Assembly (NCBI GenBank): GCA_965649295.1
Contig: CBFGKH010000010.1
Span: 18,054 to 82,053 of the forward strand
Length of the DNA: 64,000 bases
Reading direction: 5' to 3'
From: a candidate division WOR-3 bacterium
Lineage (GTDB): Bacteria; Hydrothermota; Tepidihabitantia; Tepidihabitantales; Tepidihabitantaceae
A program made the translations under genes and the position numbers. The notes below the pieces were generated by a model that searched no databases, had not been told where the DNA came from, and worked only from the letters and a program-made list of their open reading frames with translations. Of the stretch, positions 1 through 10,117 are shown in pieces (the first letter of the stretch is position 1; every line of letters starts with the position of its first letter).

Positions 1-521
1 ACATAGTTCACATCAACCACAAGCCGGGTGACAAGACGCAGCTCGCGCCGGGCCGGCAAATAGCGCAGCGGCGCCACCACAAGCCCGCAAACTCGATAAC
101 CACCGGCAGTGCCAGTATTCGAAACTCGAACCATCTCAGCTGGATAGGTCTTCGCCGAGGCGTAACTCGCCCAGTCTGGTGTTACAAGACCTGGCTTAGG
201 CTTGGAGAACACATAGGGTCGCTGCCCAGGATGAATCAAATATGAACCCGGCAAGACCTCTTCAACAAACGAGCTGACCGTCACATTGAGAACTTCGGCA
301 TCAGCCGGAATTACCACGTTGAACAAAACAACTGGCAGACACGGCTGGCCCGGTTCTGAGATTGTCAGCCCGCCAGGGAGAAGCACCACATCGAAACCGT
401 TCTCCTTTGTGAACACCAGGTCACCAGCCGAGAACTCAAATGTCGAACTCACCGAGCCGCTTGCTGCCAGTCCTATGGCTGGAACTAGCGCCGCCAACAG
501 AACAAACAACCTACGGAACAT
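1..521 (-). CDS. Secreted gingipain-like C25 family peptidase, N-terminal propeptide region (runs off the window start)
   Basis: Not in the ORF track. ATG at 521 with GGGAGG RBS. Translation MFRRLFVLLAALVPAIGLA (signal peptide) ... EPGQPCLPVFVFNVVIPADA ... GYRVCGLVVAPLRYLPARRELRL resembles Propeptide_C25. Confidence 0.7.
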   Translation of the reverse strand, partial: MFRRLFVLLAALVPAIGLAASGSVSSTFEFSAGDLVFTKENGFDVVLLPGGLTISEPGQPCLPVVLFNVVIPADAEVLNVTVSSFVEEVLPGSYLIHPGQRPYVFSKPKPGLVTPDWASYASAKTYPAEMVRVSNTGTAGGYRVCGLVVAPLRYLPARRELRLVTRLVVDVNY

Positions 522-573
522 GTGCCTCCCTACTGCTGGGTTGTCACTTGCCGGAATATGAACACGCCCAGAG

Positions 574-601
574 ATTCTAGCCTTGCATCAAACGAGGTCA
601 A
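574..601 (-). promoter_or_regulatory. Sigma70-type promoter for the C25 peptidase gene
   Basis: TTGACC-16 bp-TAGAAT on the minus strand, about 50 nt upstream of the ATG. Confidence 0.6.
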
Positions 602-1020
602 TCTCAATACGAGCAAACACTCGGTGCCGAACTCTTGCCATCAAAACCTAGCAAGAGCTCTCAGAAATGGACCGTAGAACGATGGTGCAAGTAGACCCGA
701 CAAGGCAAACGCTATTAGCATGAGAAGCACAGGCCGAGACCTAATCGCCAAACTTGCCGCAGGTCGGTTTACAGAAGACTCCGACCACATCCCCACGACT
801 GGCTAACAAGACTTGCTAGCGAGTCCTGCCAAGGGCTGCGCCGAGAGTCTAGTCCAGGACGATATCAGCAACTGCCCATCAAGCCGGTCACAGAATAACC
901 CCAGAAGCACACATCCGAACCACTCCGGGGACAGTCCCCCGGTAGGGCCCTCCACATGTGCCCGCATAGCCTAACTTCTGATGAGACAGATCGTTACGAC
1001 GGAAATTCGACGCCGACATT

Positions 1021-1040
1021 TGTGTACTTCAAAGTACACA
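1021..1040. repeat. Perfect 9-bp inverted repeat TGTGTACTT-CA-AAGTACACA
   Basis: Read directly from the sequence, in the 670-bp intergenic region downstream of gyrA. Confidence 0.8.
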
Positions 1041-1197
1041 GCCGCTCAGTCGCGCTACCGGCTGTTTCCACTGCCAATTGGAATCGAACATAGACAGAAT
1101 GAAACAAACGGCAGTCGGGGACTAGAACGGAGTTGAGTTGCTTAGAGGACCAATCCGGGCAGGTCAGACGACTGACCGGCGGACGGCCGAGCCACAG

Positions 1198-3645
1198 CTA
1201 CGACTTGGTCTCGGGCAGTGTGGTCTCTTCCTCAATCAGCGCCACGTCAACGACCGCGTCGCCCTTCTCGACCGCCATCACCTTCACACCAGTAGTAGCA
1301 CGCCCACACTGCCTAATCTCCGAACACTTCACCCGAATTACAACACCCTGCCGCGACGTGACGATAATCTCCGACTGATTACTGACCGCAATCGCCGCGG
1401 CCAGCTTGCCTGACTTCTCAACTGGTTTGGCAGCGATAACCCCAGACCCGCCGCGGCTCTGGGTTCTGAACTCCTCAAAATCAGTACGTTTGCCAAAACC
1501 GTTTTCAAACACCGTAAGGAGCGAGTAACCTGGACGAACCACAACCGCACCGATTACCGAATCACCCTTGCCGAGACGGATGCCGCGCACACCGGCCGCA
1601 GTTCGGCCCATATCCCGAACATCCTTCTCGCTGAATCGAATGCTCTGGCCATTTCGGGTGACAAGCAGGACATCATCCTTGCCAGACGTCAGCAAGGTAG
1701 CAACCAAGGCATCGCTGGGGTCAATACGCATCGCGATAATACCCTTCCGCCGGGGGTTGGCGAATTGGTCCAGGGAGACGCGTTTGACCTTGCCCTGGCG
1801 CGTCACGAAAAAGACAAACTGCTTGGCTGAGAAGTCACGCACCGCCAGATACGAAGTTGTGACTTCGTTCTTCTCCATCTCAACCAGATTGGCGATTGAC
1901 CGCCCCTTGGCTGCGTGACTGCCTTCTGGAATCTCATACACCTTCTGCCAGTAGCAACGGCCGCGGTCAGTGAAAAACATCATGTAGTCGTGGGTCGAGG
2001 CAATGAACAGCCCCTCGACAAAATCCTCATCCTGCACCGATACGCCAGTTCGCCCCTGACCGCCTCGCCCCTGACGACGATATACCGAGACCGGCATCCG
2101 CTTGATGTAACCACGATGGGTCACGGTCACGGCCATATCCTCTTCCTTAATCAGGTCTTCGATTGAGAGCTCCTCAGCTTCGCCACGGACAATTTGGGTT
2201 CGACGCTCGTCACCATACCTGCGCTTGATTTCAAGCAGCTCAGAACGAATCTCAGCCATCATCAGCGAACGTGAGCCAAGCAGGCCCTTGAACCGAGCAA
2301 TCTCCTTGATGAGCTCCTTGTACTCTTCGTCAATCTTCTCGCGTTCAAGCCCGGTCAACCGCGCCAGTCGCATTTCAAGAATAGCGTCAGCCTGTCGCTC
2401 TGAGAGCTTGAACTTTGTCTGCAGGCCGTTGCGGGCGGTTTCGGTGTTGGCTGACCTCTTGATAAGCTCAATCACCGCATCAATGTTGCGCAGGGCGATC
2501 TTCAACCCTTCGAGGATGTGTGCCCGCTCCTCAGCTCTGGCCAGTTCAAACTTGGTGCGCCGCGTGACCGTCTCAAAACGAAACTTCAGGAACTCATCGA
2601 GCAAACCACGCAACGGCAAGACTCGTGGCTGGCCGTTCACCAGCACTAGCAATATCACACCGTAGGTCGTCTGCAGGTCGGTGTACTTGTAGAGCTGATT
2701 AAGAATGACTTCCTTGACCGCATCACGTTTTAGATCAAGGACAATGCGCATACCATCGCGGTCTGACTCGTCGCGTAAGTCAGCGATACCAGAAATCCGC
2801 CGCTCACGGACCAGTTGAGCTATCCGCTCAATCAGCGTGGTCTTGTTTACCTGGTAGGGAATCTCGGTGATGACCAACCGGTCTTTGCCGGCCTTGACCT
2901 CTTCAAAGACAACCGTGCCGCGCAGAACCAGCGTGCCCCGGCCAGTCTCATAGGCTTCCCTGATTCCTTCAGTGCCAACAATGGTCGCCCCGGTGGGGAA
3001 ATCGGGCCCTTTGATGTGACGAAGCAAATCCCGGGTAGTTATGTTCGGGTCGTCAATGATGGCAACCAGTCCGTTGATGAGCTCGGCCAGGTTGTGGGGC
3101 GGAATATTGGTCGCCATTCCGACCGCGATGCCAGATGCGCCGTTTGCAAGAAGATTGGGGAACGCGGCTGGGAGCACCTTCGGCTCTTTCAGCCGCTCAT
3201 CAAAGTTCGGCCCAAACTCAACCGTGTCCTTGTCGAGGTCGCGCAGCAGCTCAGTTGCCAGCGGCTGGAGCCGAGCTTCGGTGTAGCGGTAGGCAGCCGC
3301 CGCGTCACCATCAATCGAACCAAAATTACCCTGGCCCTGAACGAGCGGATAGCGAAGGGAGAAATCCTGAGCCATCCGCACCATCGCATCATAAACTGCG
3401 CTGTCGCCATGGGGATGGTATTTGCCCAAGACATCGCCGACGACCGTCGCCGACTTGCGGAACGGCCGGTTGGGCAATAGCCCCATCTCGTTCATCGTGA
3501 AGAGGATACGGCGCTGGACCGGTTTCAGGCCATCACGAACGTCCGGCAGAGCCCGGGCCACGATCACCGACATTGCATAGTCAAGGAATGACCGCCGGAC
3601 TTCGTCTTCTATATATACTGGGACGACCGACTCGTCACTTGGCAT
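1198..3645 (-). CDS. gyrA: DNA gyrase subunit A
   Basis: [27 protein letters not shown] (QRDR), AAAYRYTE catalytic Tyr, GyrA-box-like QGRGGQG, C-terminal beta-pinwheel repeats. Confidence 0.97.
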   Translation of the reverse strand: MPSDESVVPVYIEDEVRRSFLDYAMSVIVARALPDVRDGLKPVQRRILFTMNEMGLLPNRPFRKSATVVGDVLGKYHPHGDSAVYDAMVRMAQDFSLRYPLVQGQGNFGSIDGDAAAAYRYTEARLQPLATELLRDLDKDTVEFGPNFDERLKEPKVLPAAFPNLLANGASGIAVGMATNIPPHNLAELINGLVAIIDDPNITTRDLLRHIKGPDFPTGATIVGTEGIREAYETGRGTLVLRGTVVFEEVKAGKDRLVITEIPYQVNKTTLIERIAQLVRERRISGIADLRDESDRDGMRIVLDLKRDAVKEVILNQLYKYTDLQTTYGVILLVLVNGQPRVLPLRGLLDEFLKFRFETVTRRTKFELARAEERAHILEGLKIALRNIDAVIELIKRSANTETARNGLQTKFKLSERQADAILEMRLARLTGLEREKIDEEYKELIKEIARFKGLLGSRSLMMAEIRSELLEIKRRYGDERRTQIVRGEAEELSIEDLIKEEDMAVTVTHRGYIKRMPVSVYRRQGRGGQGRTGVSVQDEDFVEGLFIASTHDYMMFFTDRGRCYWQKVYEIPEGSHAAKGRSIANLVEMEKNEVTTSYLAVRDFSAKQFVFFVTRQGKVKRVSLDQFANPRRKGIIAMRIDPSDALVATLLTSGKDDVLLVTRNGQSIRFSEKDVRDMGRTAAGVRGIRLGKGDSVIGAVVVRPGYSLLTVFENGFGKRTDFEEFRTQSRGGSGVIAAKPVEKSGKLAAAIAVSNQSEIIVTSRQGVVIRVKCSEIRQCGRATTGVKVMAVEKGDAVVDVALIEEETTLPETKS

Positions 3646-3653
3646 AAGGGCAT

Positions 3654-3681
3654 ACTATAGCCTTGTCGCCATCGAAGTCAA
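3654..3681 (-). promoter_or_regulatory. gyrA promoter, probably leaderless
   Basis: TTGACT-16-TATAGT ending 8 nt before the ATG; no Shine-Dalgarno (SD) sequence. Confidence 0.65.
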
Positions 3682-3697
3682 TCAGGCCGCCGTCTGG

Positions 3698-3725
3698 TTG
3701 ACAGTATCAGCGAAATGGCTAAGAT
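3698..3725 (+). promoter_or_regulatory. Promoter of the TPR-SBP unit
   Basis: TTGACA-16-TAAGAT; AGGAGG RBS follows at 3752. Confidence 0.6.
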
Positions 3726-3763
3726 ACTGCACCACCAGTGAACTTGTCCCAAGGAGGACTGAA

Positions 3764-5392
3764 ATGTCAAAGTTCCGCTCGGCAGGTCTGCTGATATTGA
3801 CGGTAACGTTAGTGGTCCCACTCATCGGCCAGACCATGCCGCTTGATGCACTACTACGCGGCGGCAGGATTCATTACGACGGCCAGCGCTACGAACGGGC
3901 CCGCGAGCAGTTTCAGAAAGCGCTCGACCAATACGGGCCGACCGCTGACAACGCAACCTTTGCTATGATTCAAGTGTGGCTGGGACTCTGCGAAGCCCAG
4001 CTAAAGAACTATCCGACCGCTGCCGAGCATTTTGCTTTGGCGCTCGAACGGGATTCGGCTATCGCCCGCCGCATCCAGGAAAACGAACAATGGCTATACC
4101 ATGCCAGTGTCTCCCTGCTGAATACAGCCCGCGACGGCTACTTTGCTGGCAATTACGAACCGATGCTTCGCTACGCCCTCGCCGCAGTCAAAATCGACCC
4201 AACGAAACCGGCTATCTACACGCTGATAGCCAACATCTTTAGCCAGCTTGGTCGTTATGAGGACATGCGGCGAACCGCTGAGGACCTTCTCAGGCTTGAT
4301 CGCCGCAGCGCTGAGGCCTTCAGCCTGCTCGGACTCTACTTTCTACAGAAACCAGATAGCCTCTGGGCTGACAAGATTCTCAGCCAGACACGGTGGGATT
4401 CGGCTGCCGCCTACTACGATTCGGCCATCGCTATTTACTCTGAACGCTTCAGCCGCGCTCGTCAGGACCTGGCCGGCATGCTGAAAATCAATGACTCGGT
4501 TGCCATCGACGGCCATGTCTGGCAGCTCATTAACCGCAGCCGAAGTGCCAACAGCCAGGCGGAACTGAAGGACTACATCGAAAAGACTCTCAAGGCAGGA
4601 AAACAGCTGGCTGAGTACGCCGGCATTGCTGGTCGGCTCGCGACAGCTGCCACCCAACTGAACTCAGCCAATTCTCGGGCTGGGTCAGCGATGCTCTCCG
4701 CTGCCGCCCAAACTCCAGAATCGCTCTCGAACCGTTTTCGAGCCCGCGCCGAGAACTACTTCCGGACAGCAATTGCCTACGACTCGGCCGACTTCACCGC
4801 CATTTTCGATTTGGGGATTGCCTACTACCAAGGGCGCAATGACAGCGGAGCTGAACAGGCGCTGCTCCTAGTCACCCAGGGATCGATTGTCCGGTTAACT
4901 GAGCTACCCCCAGCGCTCCAGGAGTCTCTCATCAATCAGATTCGACCCGAGGTTCAGTCCCAAGGTAATCTACAGCTTTCGGGCCCGCTCGTCGCCAGCG
5001 TCGATTCGGCGGCGACCGCGCTCGGACGCCGCGGCATCGGCTACAACTGGTTCTATTTCACCGAACTTAGAGACCGACCAACACCACCAACTGCTGCTGA
5101 CCGCAATTCAATGTTTGTCTCACTGCTTCAACCCGAATTGCTGGAGCAGGCCTTCCTCTGGCTTGGGTCGAGTCAGACTGGGCTGGGTACAACTTTAGCA
5201 AACTCCAAACAAACCGATGCAGCCCGAGCTAAGTTCCGCGCCGCCATTGACAATCTACTGATGGCCACCAAACTCAATCCCCGTAACGCAGATGCCTACC
5301 AAAATCTTGGCATCTGCTATCGTGAGTTAGGTGATAAACAGAAGGCGCTGAATGCCTTCGAAACGGCTGACCGAATTCGCAAAGGCAAGTAG
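3764..5392 (+). CDS. Secreted tetratricopeptide-repeat protein
   Basis: Start moved to ATG 3764 after AGGAGG. Signal peptide, then several TPR motifs (e.g. NPRNADAYQNLGICYRELGDKQKALNAF). Confidence 0.8.
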   Translation: MSKFRSAGLLILTVTLVVPLIGQTMPLDALLRGGRIHYDGQRYERAREQFQKALDQYGPTADNATFAMIQVWLGLCEAQLKNYPTAAEHFALALERDSAIARRIQENEQWLYHASVSLLNTARDGYFAGNYEPMLRYALAAVKIDPTKPAIYTLIANIFSQLGRYEDMRRTAEDLLRLDRRSAEAFSLLGLYFLQKPDSLWADKILSQTRWDSAAAYYDSAIAIYSERFSRARQDLAGMLKINDSVAIDGHVWQLINRSRSANSQAELKDYIEKTLKAGKQLAEYAGIAGRLATAATQLNSANSRAGSAMLSAAAQTPESLSNRFRARAENYFRTAIAYDSADFTAIFDLGIAYYQGRNDSGAEQALLLVTQGSIVRLTELPPALQESLINQIRPEVQSQGNLQLSGPLVASVDSAATALGRRGIGYNWFYFTELRDRPTPPTAADRNSMFVSLLQPELLEQAFLWLGSSQTGLGTTLANSKQTDAARAKFRAAIDNLLMATKLNPRNADAYQNLGICYRELGDKQKALNAFETADRIRKGK

Positions 5393-5404
5393 AGGACTGA
5401 CAAA

Positions 5405-6370
5405 ATGACCAACCTGCTGAACGTTCTAATCGTCTTGCTCGCCGCATTGCTGGTGTTTGTAATCGTCTATCCACAAGTAAAGCAGAACCGACCGATCCCG
5501 GTTCGCATTGCCTGCGACAGCACGATTGCGGCGTTACCGATTCTGATGGGCATCGAGGAATCGCTTTTCATCAAAGAGAAACTGGTGCCGACCGTTACCT
5601 TCTACTCAGACCCGGATCAGGCCCTAGCCGACCTTTTTGCTGGTCACATTGACGTGGGAGTCTTTCCTTGGAGCACCGTGCTGCGTCGTGTTGCCGAGCA
5701 GAACGAGACACTCAAAGTATTCCTCTCGCTGGAATACCGGCAGTCACTACCAGTCGATGCGCTGATTGCTCCGGTAAAATCAAAGGTTAAGACCGTCGCT
5801 GATCTCCGTGGTCGTCGCCTGGCCTATCCGCCACAGTTACGTGACTATCTTAAGCTAATAATGCTCAATCTCGGGCTCGGCCCGAACGAACTGAAGGCTA
5901 CCGAGGTTCCGATATCGGATATCATGAACCAGCTCGCGGCTGGCAACTTCGACGCGGCGCTGATCATCGAACCGCTCCTCTGCCCTCTCGATACGACCAA
6001 GTACCGCATTGTCCAACCCGCTTTTACACCGCGCTACATATCATCACCGTTTCCCGGTGCTGCTGTCGGTGCCTCACCCAAGCTGCTGAAGGAGCACCGC
6101 CTAGCTGGCGGCCGTCTCAAGGTGGCAATCGATGCAGCGGTGGCACTAAGCGAATCCAAGCCGGACATGGCACGTGCACTTATTGGTCGCTACTTCCCTT
6201 ACTGCTCTGACTTCTGTGGTTTCTGTCGGCTGCCGGAAATGCAGCGACTGGCCGAAATCAACCGCAATTCGATACTCGCCCTGATCGCTCGTCTGCGCGC
6301 GGCGGGAGTGCTAACAGCCGATGTTGAGCCTAAAGGGATATACGTTGATCCGGCAACGATCAAGCGCTAG
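5405..6370 (+). CDS. Membrane-anchored ABC-type substrate-binding protein (SsuA/NMT1/THI5-like), orphan
   Basis: N-terminal TM helix; ALADLFAGHIDVG, KVKTVADLRGRRLA and QLAAGNFDAALIIEP are typical PBP2 motifs. Confidence 0.75.
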   Translation: MTNLLNVLIVLLAALLVFVIVYPQVKQNRPIPVRIACDSTIAALPILMGIEESLFIKEKLVPTVTFYSDPDQALADLFAGHIDVGVFPWSTVLRRVAEQNETLKVFLSLEYRQSLPVDALIAPVKSKVKTVADLRGRRLAYPPQLRDYLKLIMLNLGLGPNELKATEVPISDIMNQLAAGNFDAALIIEPLLCPLDTTKYRIVQPAFTPRYISSPFPGAAVGASPKLLKEHRLAGGRLKVAIDAAVALSESKPDMARALIGRYFPYCSDFCGFCRLPEMQRLAEINRNSILALIARLRAAGVLTADVEPKGIYVDPATIKR

Positions 6371-6382
6371 TAGGAAATCTGA

Positions 6383-6657
6383 CCGGTCGTGCTAGACGGG
6401 GGGGCGGCGGTCCCCTGTAACCCGAAACCCGCCTGTGCGGGGTTGAAAGAGCGTATTGAGTTGTTACCGATGCGAAACCGGCGTACCGGACCGCTGACGA
6501 TGAAAGCTGGGTCTGGCGATGATGGTTGCCGTGAACCCCGCCAGGGCCGGAAGGCAGCAACGGTAAACGGAGGGACTGTCAGTCACCAGGTTGCCTGGCT
6601 CGAGCCAGCTTCCGGTAAGCCCTCGCGTCTGTACTGCGAATGCGCTCGCACGACCGG
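6383..6657 (+). ncRNA. ffs: Signal recognition particle RNA, large type with Alu domain
   Basis: 5' CCGGTCGTGC (6383) pairs with 3' GCACGACCGG (6648-6657). Alu-like GCTAGACGGGG...CCCTGTAACCCGAAACCCGC. Helix 8 motif CCAGGGCCGGAAGGCAGCA at 6541. Directly upstream of dnaX. Confidence 0.92.
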
Positions 6658-6689
6658 CTCGCCTGCCGACGTATTTCTACCCTAAGAGC

Positions 6690-8168
6690 ATGAGTAGCCG
6701 GCGCGTTCTCACGCTGAAATACCGGCCGCAGACCTTTGACGAAGTCTGGGCTCAAGAGCACGTTCGGACCACACTGAAACGGGCTATCGAAACCGACCGA
6801 CTGGCAAATGCTTATCTTTTTGCCGGGCCGCGTGGCGTCGGCAAAACAACCTGCGCTCGAATCCTCGCCAAGAGCCTGAACTGTGAGCAAGGCCCAACCG
6901 TCACCCCCTGCAACAGGTGCACATTCTGCCTTGACATAACTGCTTCCCGCAGTCTCGACGTAATCGAACTCGACGGCGCCTCCAATCGCGGCATCGAACA
7001 GATTCGTGAGCTGCGTGAGAACATAAAGTATGCGCCTGCTGCTTCTCGTTACAAGGTCTATATCGTGGACGAAGTCCACATGCTGACCAAGGAAGCCTTC
7101 AACGCCCTCCTCAAGACCCTCGAAGAACCGCCACGCCACGCCAAATTCATCTTTGCTACAACCGCTGCCCATGCCGTACCAACAACAATCATCTCCCGCT
7201 GCCAGCGTTTTGATTTCCGAAAAGCAACACCACTCGAAATCCGCGATCGACTCGCCTGGCTGGCCAAACAGGAAAACATCAAAATCAGCGACAGCGCGCT
7301 GATGGCAATAGCCCGTCGCGCTGATGGTGCCATTCGTGACGCTGAGAGTATTCTCGATCAGACCGCTGCCTATCGTCCCACAGGGATTGACCTGGCCGAT
7401 GTTGAGGAACTACTCGGTCTGGTACCGTCCGAACGTTTCTTCGACTATGCTCAACTGCTCGCTGCCGGTGACAGTGCCGGATTGCTACGCTTTCTCGACA
7501 GCATCTTCGAATCCGGCTATGACCACATCGAGTTCTTCACTGGCTTGGTCGAACATTTCCGCAACCTGCTGCTGCTGGACATCACCGGCGCCGCCACCAG
7601 TTTCGGACTGCTACCCGAAGAGGCAGAACGGTTCTCCGCCCAGGCCCGTAGCTTCGGCCGCGACCGGCTGCTGCTCACACTTGCTCGCCTGACCGAGGTC
7701 GAACCGGTCCTGCGCCGTTCCCAGCTTCCGCGTGTCCAACTCGAAGTCATGACACTCGACCTCCTAAACCAAGGGAGCCACGGAACGGCTGCTACGAAAC
7801 CGAAGAAACTCCCAAACAACGAGACGAGTCCACCACAGCCTCGCCAAACATCGGTTGACCAGACGCTAGTCTGGTCAGAGGTCCGTCGCCTCGCCAATGA
7901 ACGTCAGCCGTTTCTCGCCAGCTTACTCGATCTTGCCAGCGCGGGCCAGTTCGACGGCAATATCCTCACCATAGCGTTTCCAACGAAACAACAGCTTGTC
8001 GCTGCCAAAGTCGAAAGCGAATCAGCCTTTCTAAATAGGTTGCTAACCGAAGTCGTCGGTCACACCTGCGTCGTCCGAGTCGTGACAGCGACCCAGCCGG
8101 CTTCAGACCCAATCAAGGAACGTCTCGCCCGTGTTTACGGTCGGGTCGAGGAGGAACGTCCCGAGTGA
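6690..8168 (+). CDS. dnaX: DNA polymerase III subunit gamma/tau
   Basis: KYRPQTF, GPRGVGKTT, Zn-binding cysteines, DEVHML, SRCQRF. Start set at ATG 6690, after the SRP RNA. Confidence 0.95.
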   Translation: MSSRRVLTLKYRPQTFDEVWAQEHVRTTLKRAIETDRLANAYLFAGPRGVGKTTCARILAKSLNCEQGPTVTPCNRCTFCLDITASRSLDVIELDGASNRGIEQIRELRENIKYAPAASRYKVYIVDEVHMLTKEAFNALLKTLEEPPRHAKFIFATTAAHAVPTTIISRCQRFDFRKATPLEIRDRLAWLAKQENIKISDSALMAIARRADGAIRDAESILDQTAAYRPTGIDLADVEELLGLVPSERFFDYAQLLAAGDSAGLLRFLDSIFESGYDHIEFFTGLVEHFRNLLLLDITGAATSFGLLPEEAERFSAQARSFGRDRLLLTLARLTEVEPVLRRSQLPRVQLEVMTLDLLNQGSHGTAATKPKKLPNNETSPPQPRQTSVDQTLVWSEVRRLANERQPFLASLLDLASAGQFDGNILTIAFPTKQQLVAAKVESESAFLNRLLTEVVGHTCVVRVVTATQPASDPIKERLARVYGRVEEERPE

Positions 8169-8752
8169 AGCGGTCACTAGACGAGCTTGTCACCGCACTC
8201 ACTGAGCTGCCCGGCATCGGTCGTAAGACAGCCCAGCGGATTGCCTTCTATTTGCTGAAACGACCTGACTCTGCGCGTCAACTGGCTACAGCCATCAACA
8301 CCGCTATCAACCGGCTGCACCCTTGTTCTATTTGTCACAGCCTGACCGAAGATGACCCGTGTTCAATCTGCAGCGACGCGAGCCGTGATCACAGCATTGT
8401 CTGCCTTGTCGAGGAACCAGCCGACGTACTGACACTGGAACAGTCCGGTCAGCACCGTGGCGTCTATCACGTACTTGGTGGCGTATTGTCGCCGATCGAC
8501 GACATCGGCCCGGACGACCTCCACATCAAGGAACTAATCGCCCGCGTCCGCTCAGGTACGATTGCCGAAATCATCATTGCTACCAACCCAACAACCGAGG
8601 GCGAGGCAACCGCTGTTTACATCAGCCAGCAACTCCGCGACACTCCAGTTCGAGTGACACGCATTGCCCGTGGGCTGCCAGTCGGATCAGATTTGGAACT
8701 GGCCGACGCGCCAACCATCTCGCGGGCATTTGAGGGCCGCCGTGAGCTCTAG
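8165..8752 (+). CDS. recR: Recombination mediator RecR
   Basis: LPGIGRKTAQR HhH, C4 zinc finger, Toprim ATNPTTEGEATA. Confidence 0.96.
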   Translation: MKRSLDELVTALTELPGIGRKTAQRIAFYLLKRPDSARQLATAINTAINRLHPCSICHSLTEDDPCSICSDASRDHSIVCLVEEPADVLTLEQSGQHRGVYHVLGGVLSPIDDIGPDDLHIKELIARVRSGTIAEIIIATNPTTEGEATAVYISQQLRDTPVRVTRIARGLPVGSDLELADAPTISRAFEGRREL

Positions 8753-8809
8753 TCGTCTTGACCCGTCTCGGCCGTTATTCTATCATCAATTAGGTATCCA
8801 GGAGGAAAC

Positions 8810-9121
8810 ATGAACCTGACCCTGACCGGCAGGCACTTTGAGATTACGCCCAACCTAAAGAAACACATTGATACCAAAATTGCTCGACTCGAACATTATG
8901 CTGATCGCATTACCCGGGGCGAAGTCGTGCTGTTCCGCGACAGCATCAACGATATCGCTGAAGGCAAAATTCACGTCGGCCACACCATGCTCACTGCCCG
9001 CGGCCGGGGCAAAGACATGTACCTTGCCGTCAACGACCTTGTTGACAAGCTGGTTGCTCAGCTCAATCGCTATGAGGGTAAGTTGCGCGACCGCAAGCGC
9101 CACAACAGTCGGAACGCCTAG
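8810..9121 (+). CDS. hpf: Ribosome hibernation factor HPF/RaiA (short form)
   Basis: MNLTLTGRHFEITPNLK ... DMYLAVNDLVDKL; AGGAGG RBS; TTGACC-17-TATCAT promoter upstream. Confidence 0.9.
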   Translation: MNLTLTGRHFEITPNLKKHIDTKIARLEHYADRITRGEVVLFRDSINDIAEGKIHVGHTMLTARGRGKDMYLAVNDLVDKLVAQLNRYEGKLRDRKRHNSRNA

Positions 9122-9127
9122 TCGGAC

Positions 9128-10117
9128 GTGACCACGAACAAACGACTGACTGTCAACGAACTACTAGCCGAAAAACAAGAAGAATGGGGCCTAGTCACCA
9201 TTGCTGGCATGGCGCGGGCTGACGCAATCTCTATTGCTACCAGTGATATTAATAGGCCGGGTATGGCTCTTGCCGGTTACACCGGGGTTTTCCTTCGTGA
9301 ACGGATTCAGATTGTCGGCGCGACTGAGCTATCCTACCTGTCAACGCTTAGTACAGAAGCAGCACAAGCCGCCGTTCAGCGACTCTTCAGCCTGGAACCG
9401 ACCTGCATCATCATTACCAAGGGACTGACCTTATCTGACGTCTGGCGTGAATCCGCCGACAAGTTCCAGGTACCATTATTACGTACGCCCATTGACACGA
9501 CGCCATTCATCCACCAACTCTCGGCTTTCCTTGACTACCGTCTTGCCCCCGAGGACTTCATCAACGGCGAACTGGTTGACGTCTTCGGTATCGGCCTATT
9601 GATTACTGGCGAATCAGGAATTGGCAAAAGCGAATGCGCCCTGGACCTTGTTGACCGCGGCCATCGGCTGATCGCCGACGATTTAGTGAAAGTCATCCGC
9701 CGCGGCAACGGTATTCTGATGGGCTACTCATCGGCGCGCACCCCAGTACTAGCACACCACATCGAGATTCGCGGCGTTGGCATTGTTGACGTCTATAGCC
9801 TCTACGGTGTTCGTGCCATCCGTGTCCAGAAGCGCATTGAGGTTGAAGTCCGTCTAGTGCACTGGAAACAAGGCATGGACTATGAACGAGTCGGCATCGA
9901 AGACCAGATGTCAGAAATACTCGGCGTCAGGGTACCACGGGTGACGATTCCCGTGATTCCAGGCAAGAACCTCGCTCTGGTTCTCGAAGTCATCGCTAAG
10001 AACCATATTCTCAAAGTGTTTGGCTACCATCCGGCCAAGGTCTTCGATGACGAACTAATGCGGATGATGTCACGTTCTCCCAAGATCGATCCATTCATCA
10101 CTGATGATCAAGAATGA
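9128..10117 (+). CDS. hprK: HPr kinase/phosphorylase
   Basis: INRPGMALAGY, GESGIGKSE Walker A, LIADD, HHIEIRGVGIVDV. Confidence 0.95.
   Translation: MTTNKRLTVNELLAEKQEEWGLVTIAGMARADAISIATSDINRPGMALAGYTGVFLRERIQIVGATELSYLSTLSTEAAQAAVQRLFSLEPTCIIITKGLTLSDVWRESADKFQVPLLRTPIDTTPFIHQLSAFLDYRLAPEDFINGELVDVFGIGLLITGESGIGKSECALDLVDRGHRLIADDLVKVIRRGNGILMGYSSARTPVLAHHIEIRGVGIVDVYSLYGVRAIRVQKRIEVEVRLVHWKQGMDYERVGIEDQMSEILGVRVPRVTIPVIPGKNLALVLEVIAKNHILKVFGYHPAKVFDDELMRMMSRSPKIDPFITDDQE

Noticed and set aside
603-930. CRISPR array
   Set aside because: No identical direct repeats with unique spacers and no cas genes.
3380-3420. Quinolone-resistance substitution in GyrA
   Set aside because: The QRDR reads GDSAVYD, i.e. 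wild-type Ser83/Asp87 equivalents.
6360-6689. ORFs 6389-6685 and 6360-6560, and the N-terminal extension of dnaX from 6591
   Set aside because: They overlap the SRP RNA.
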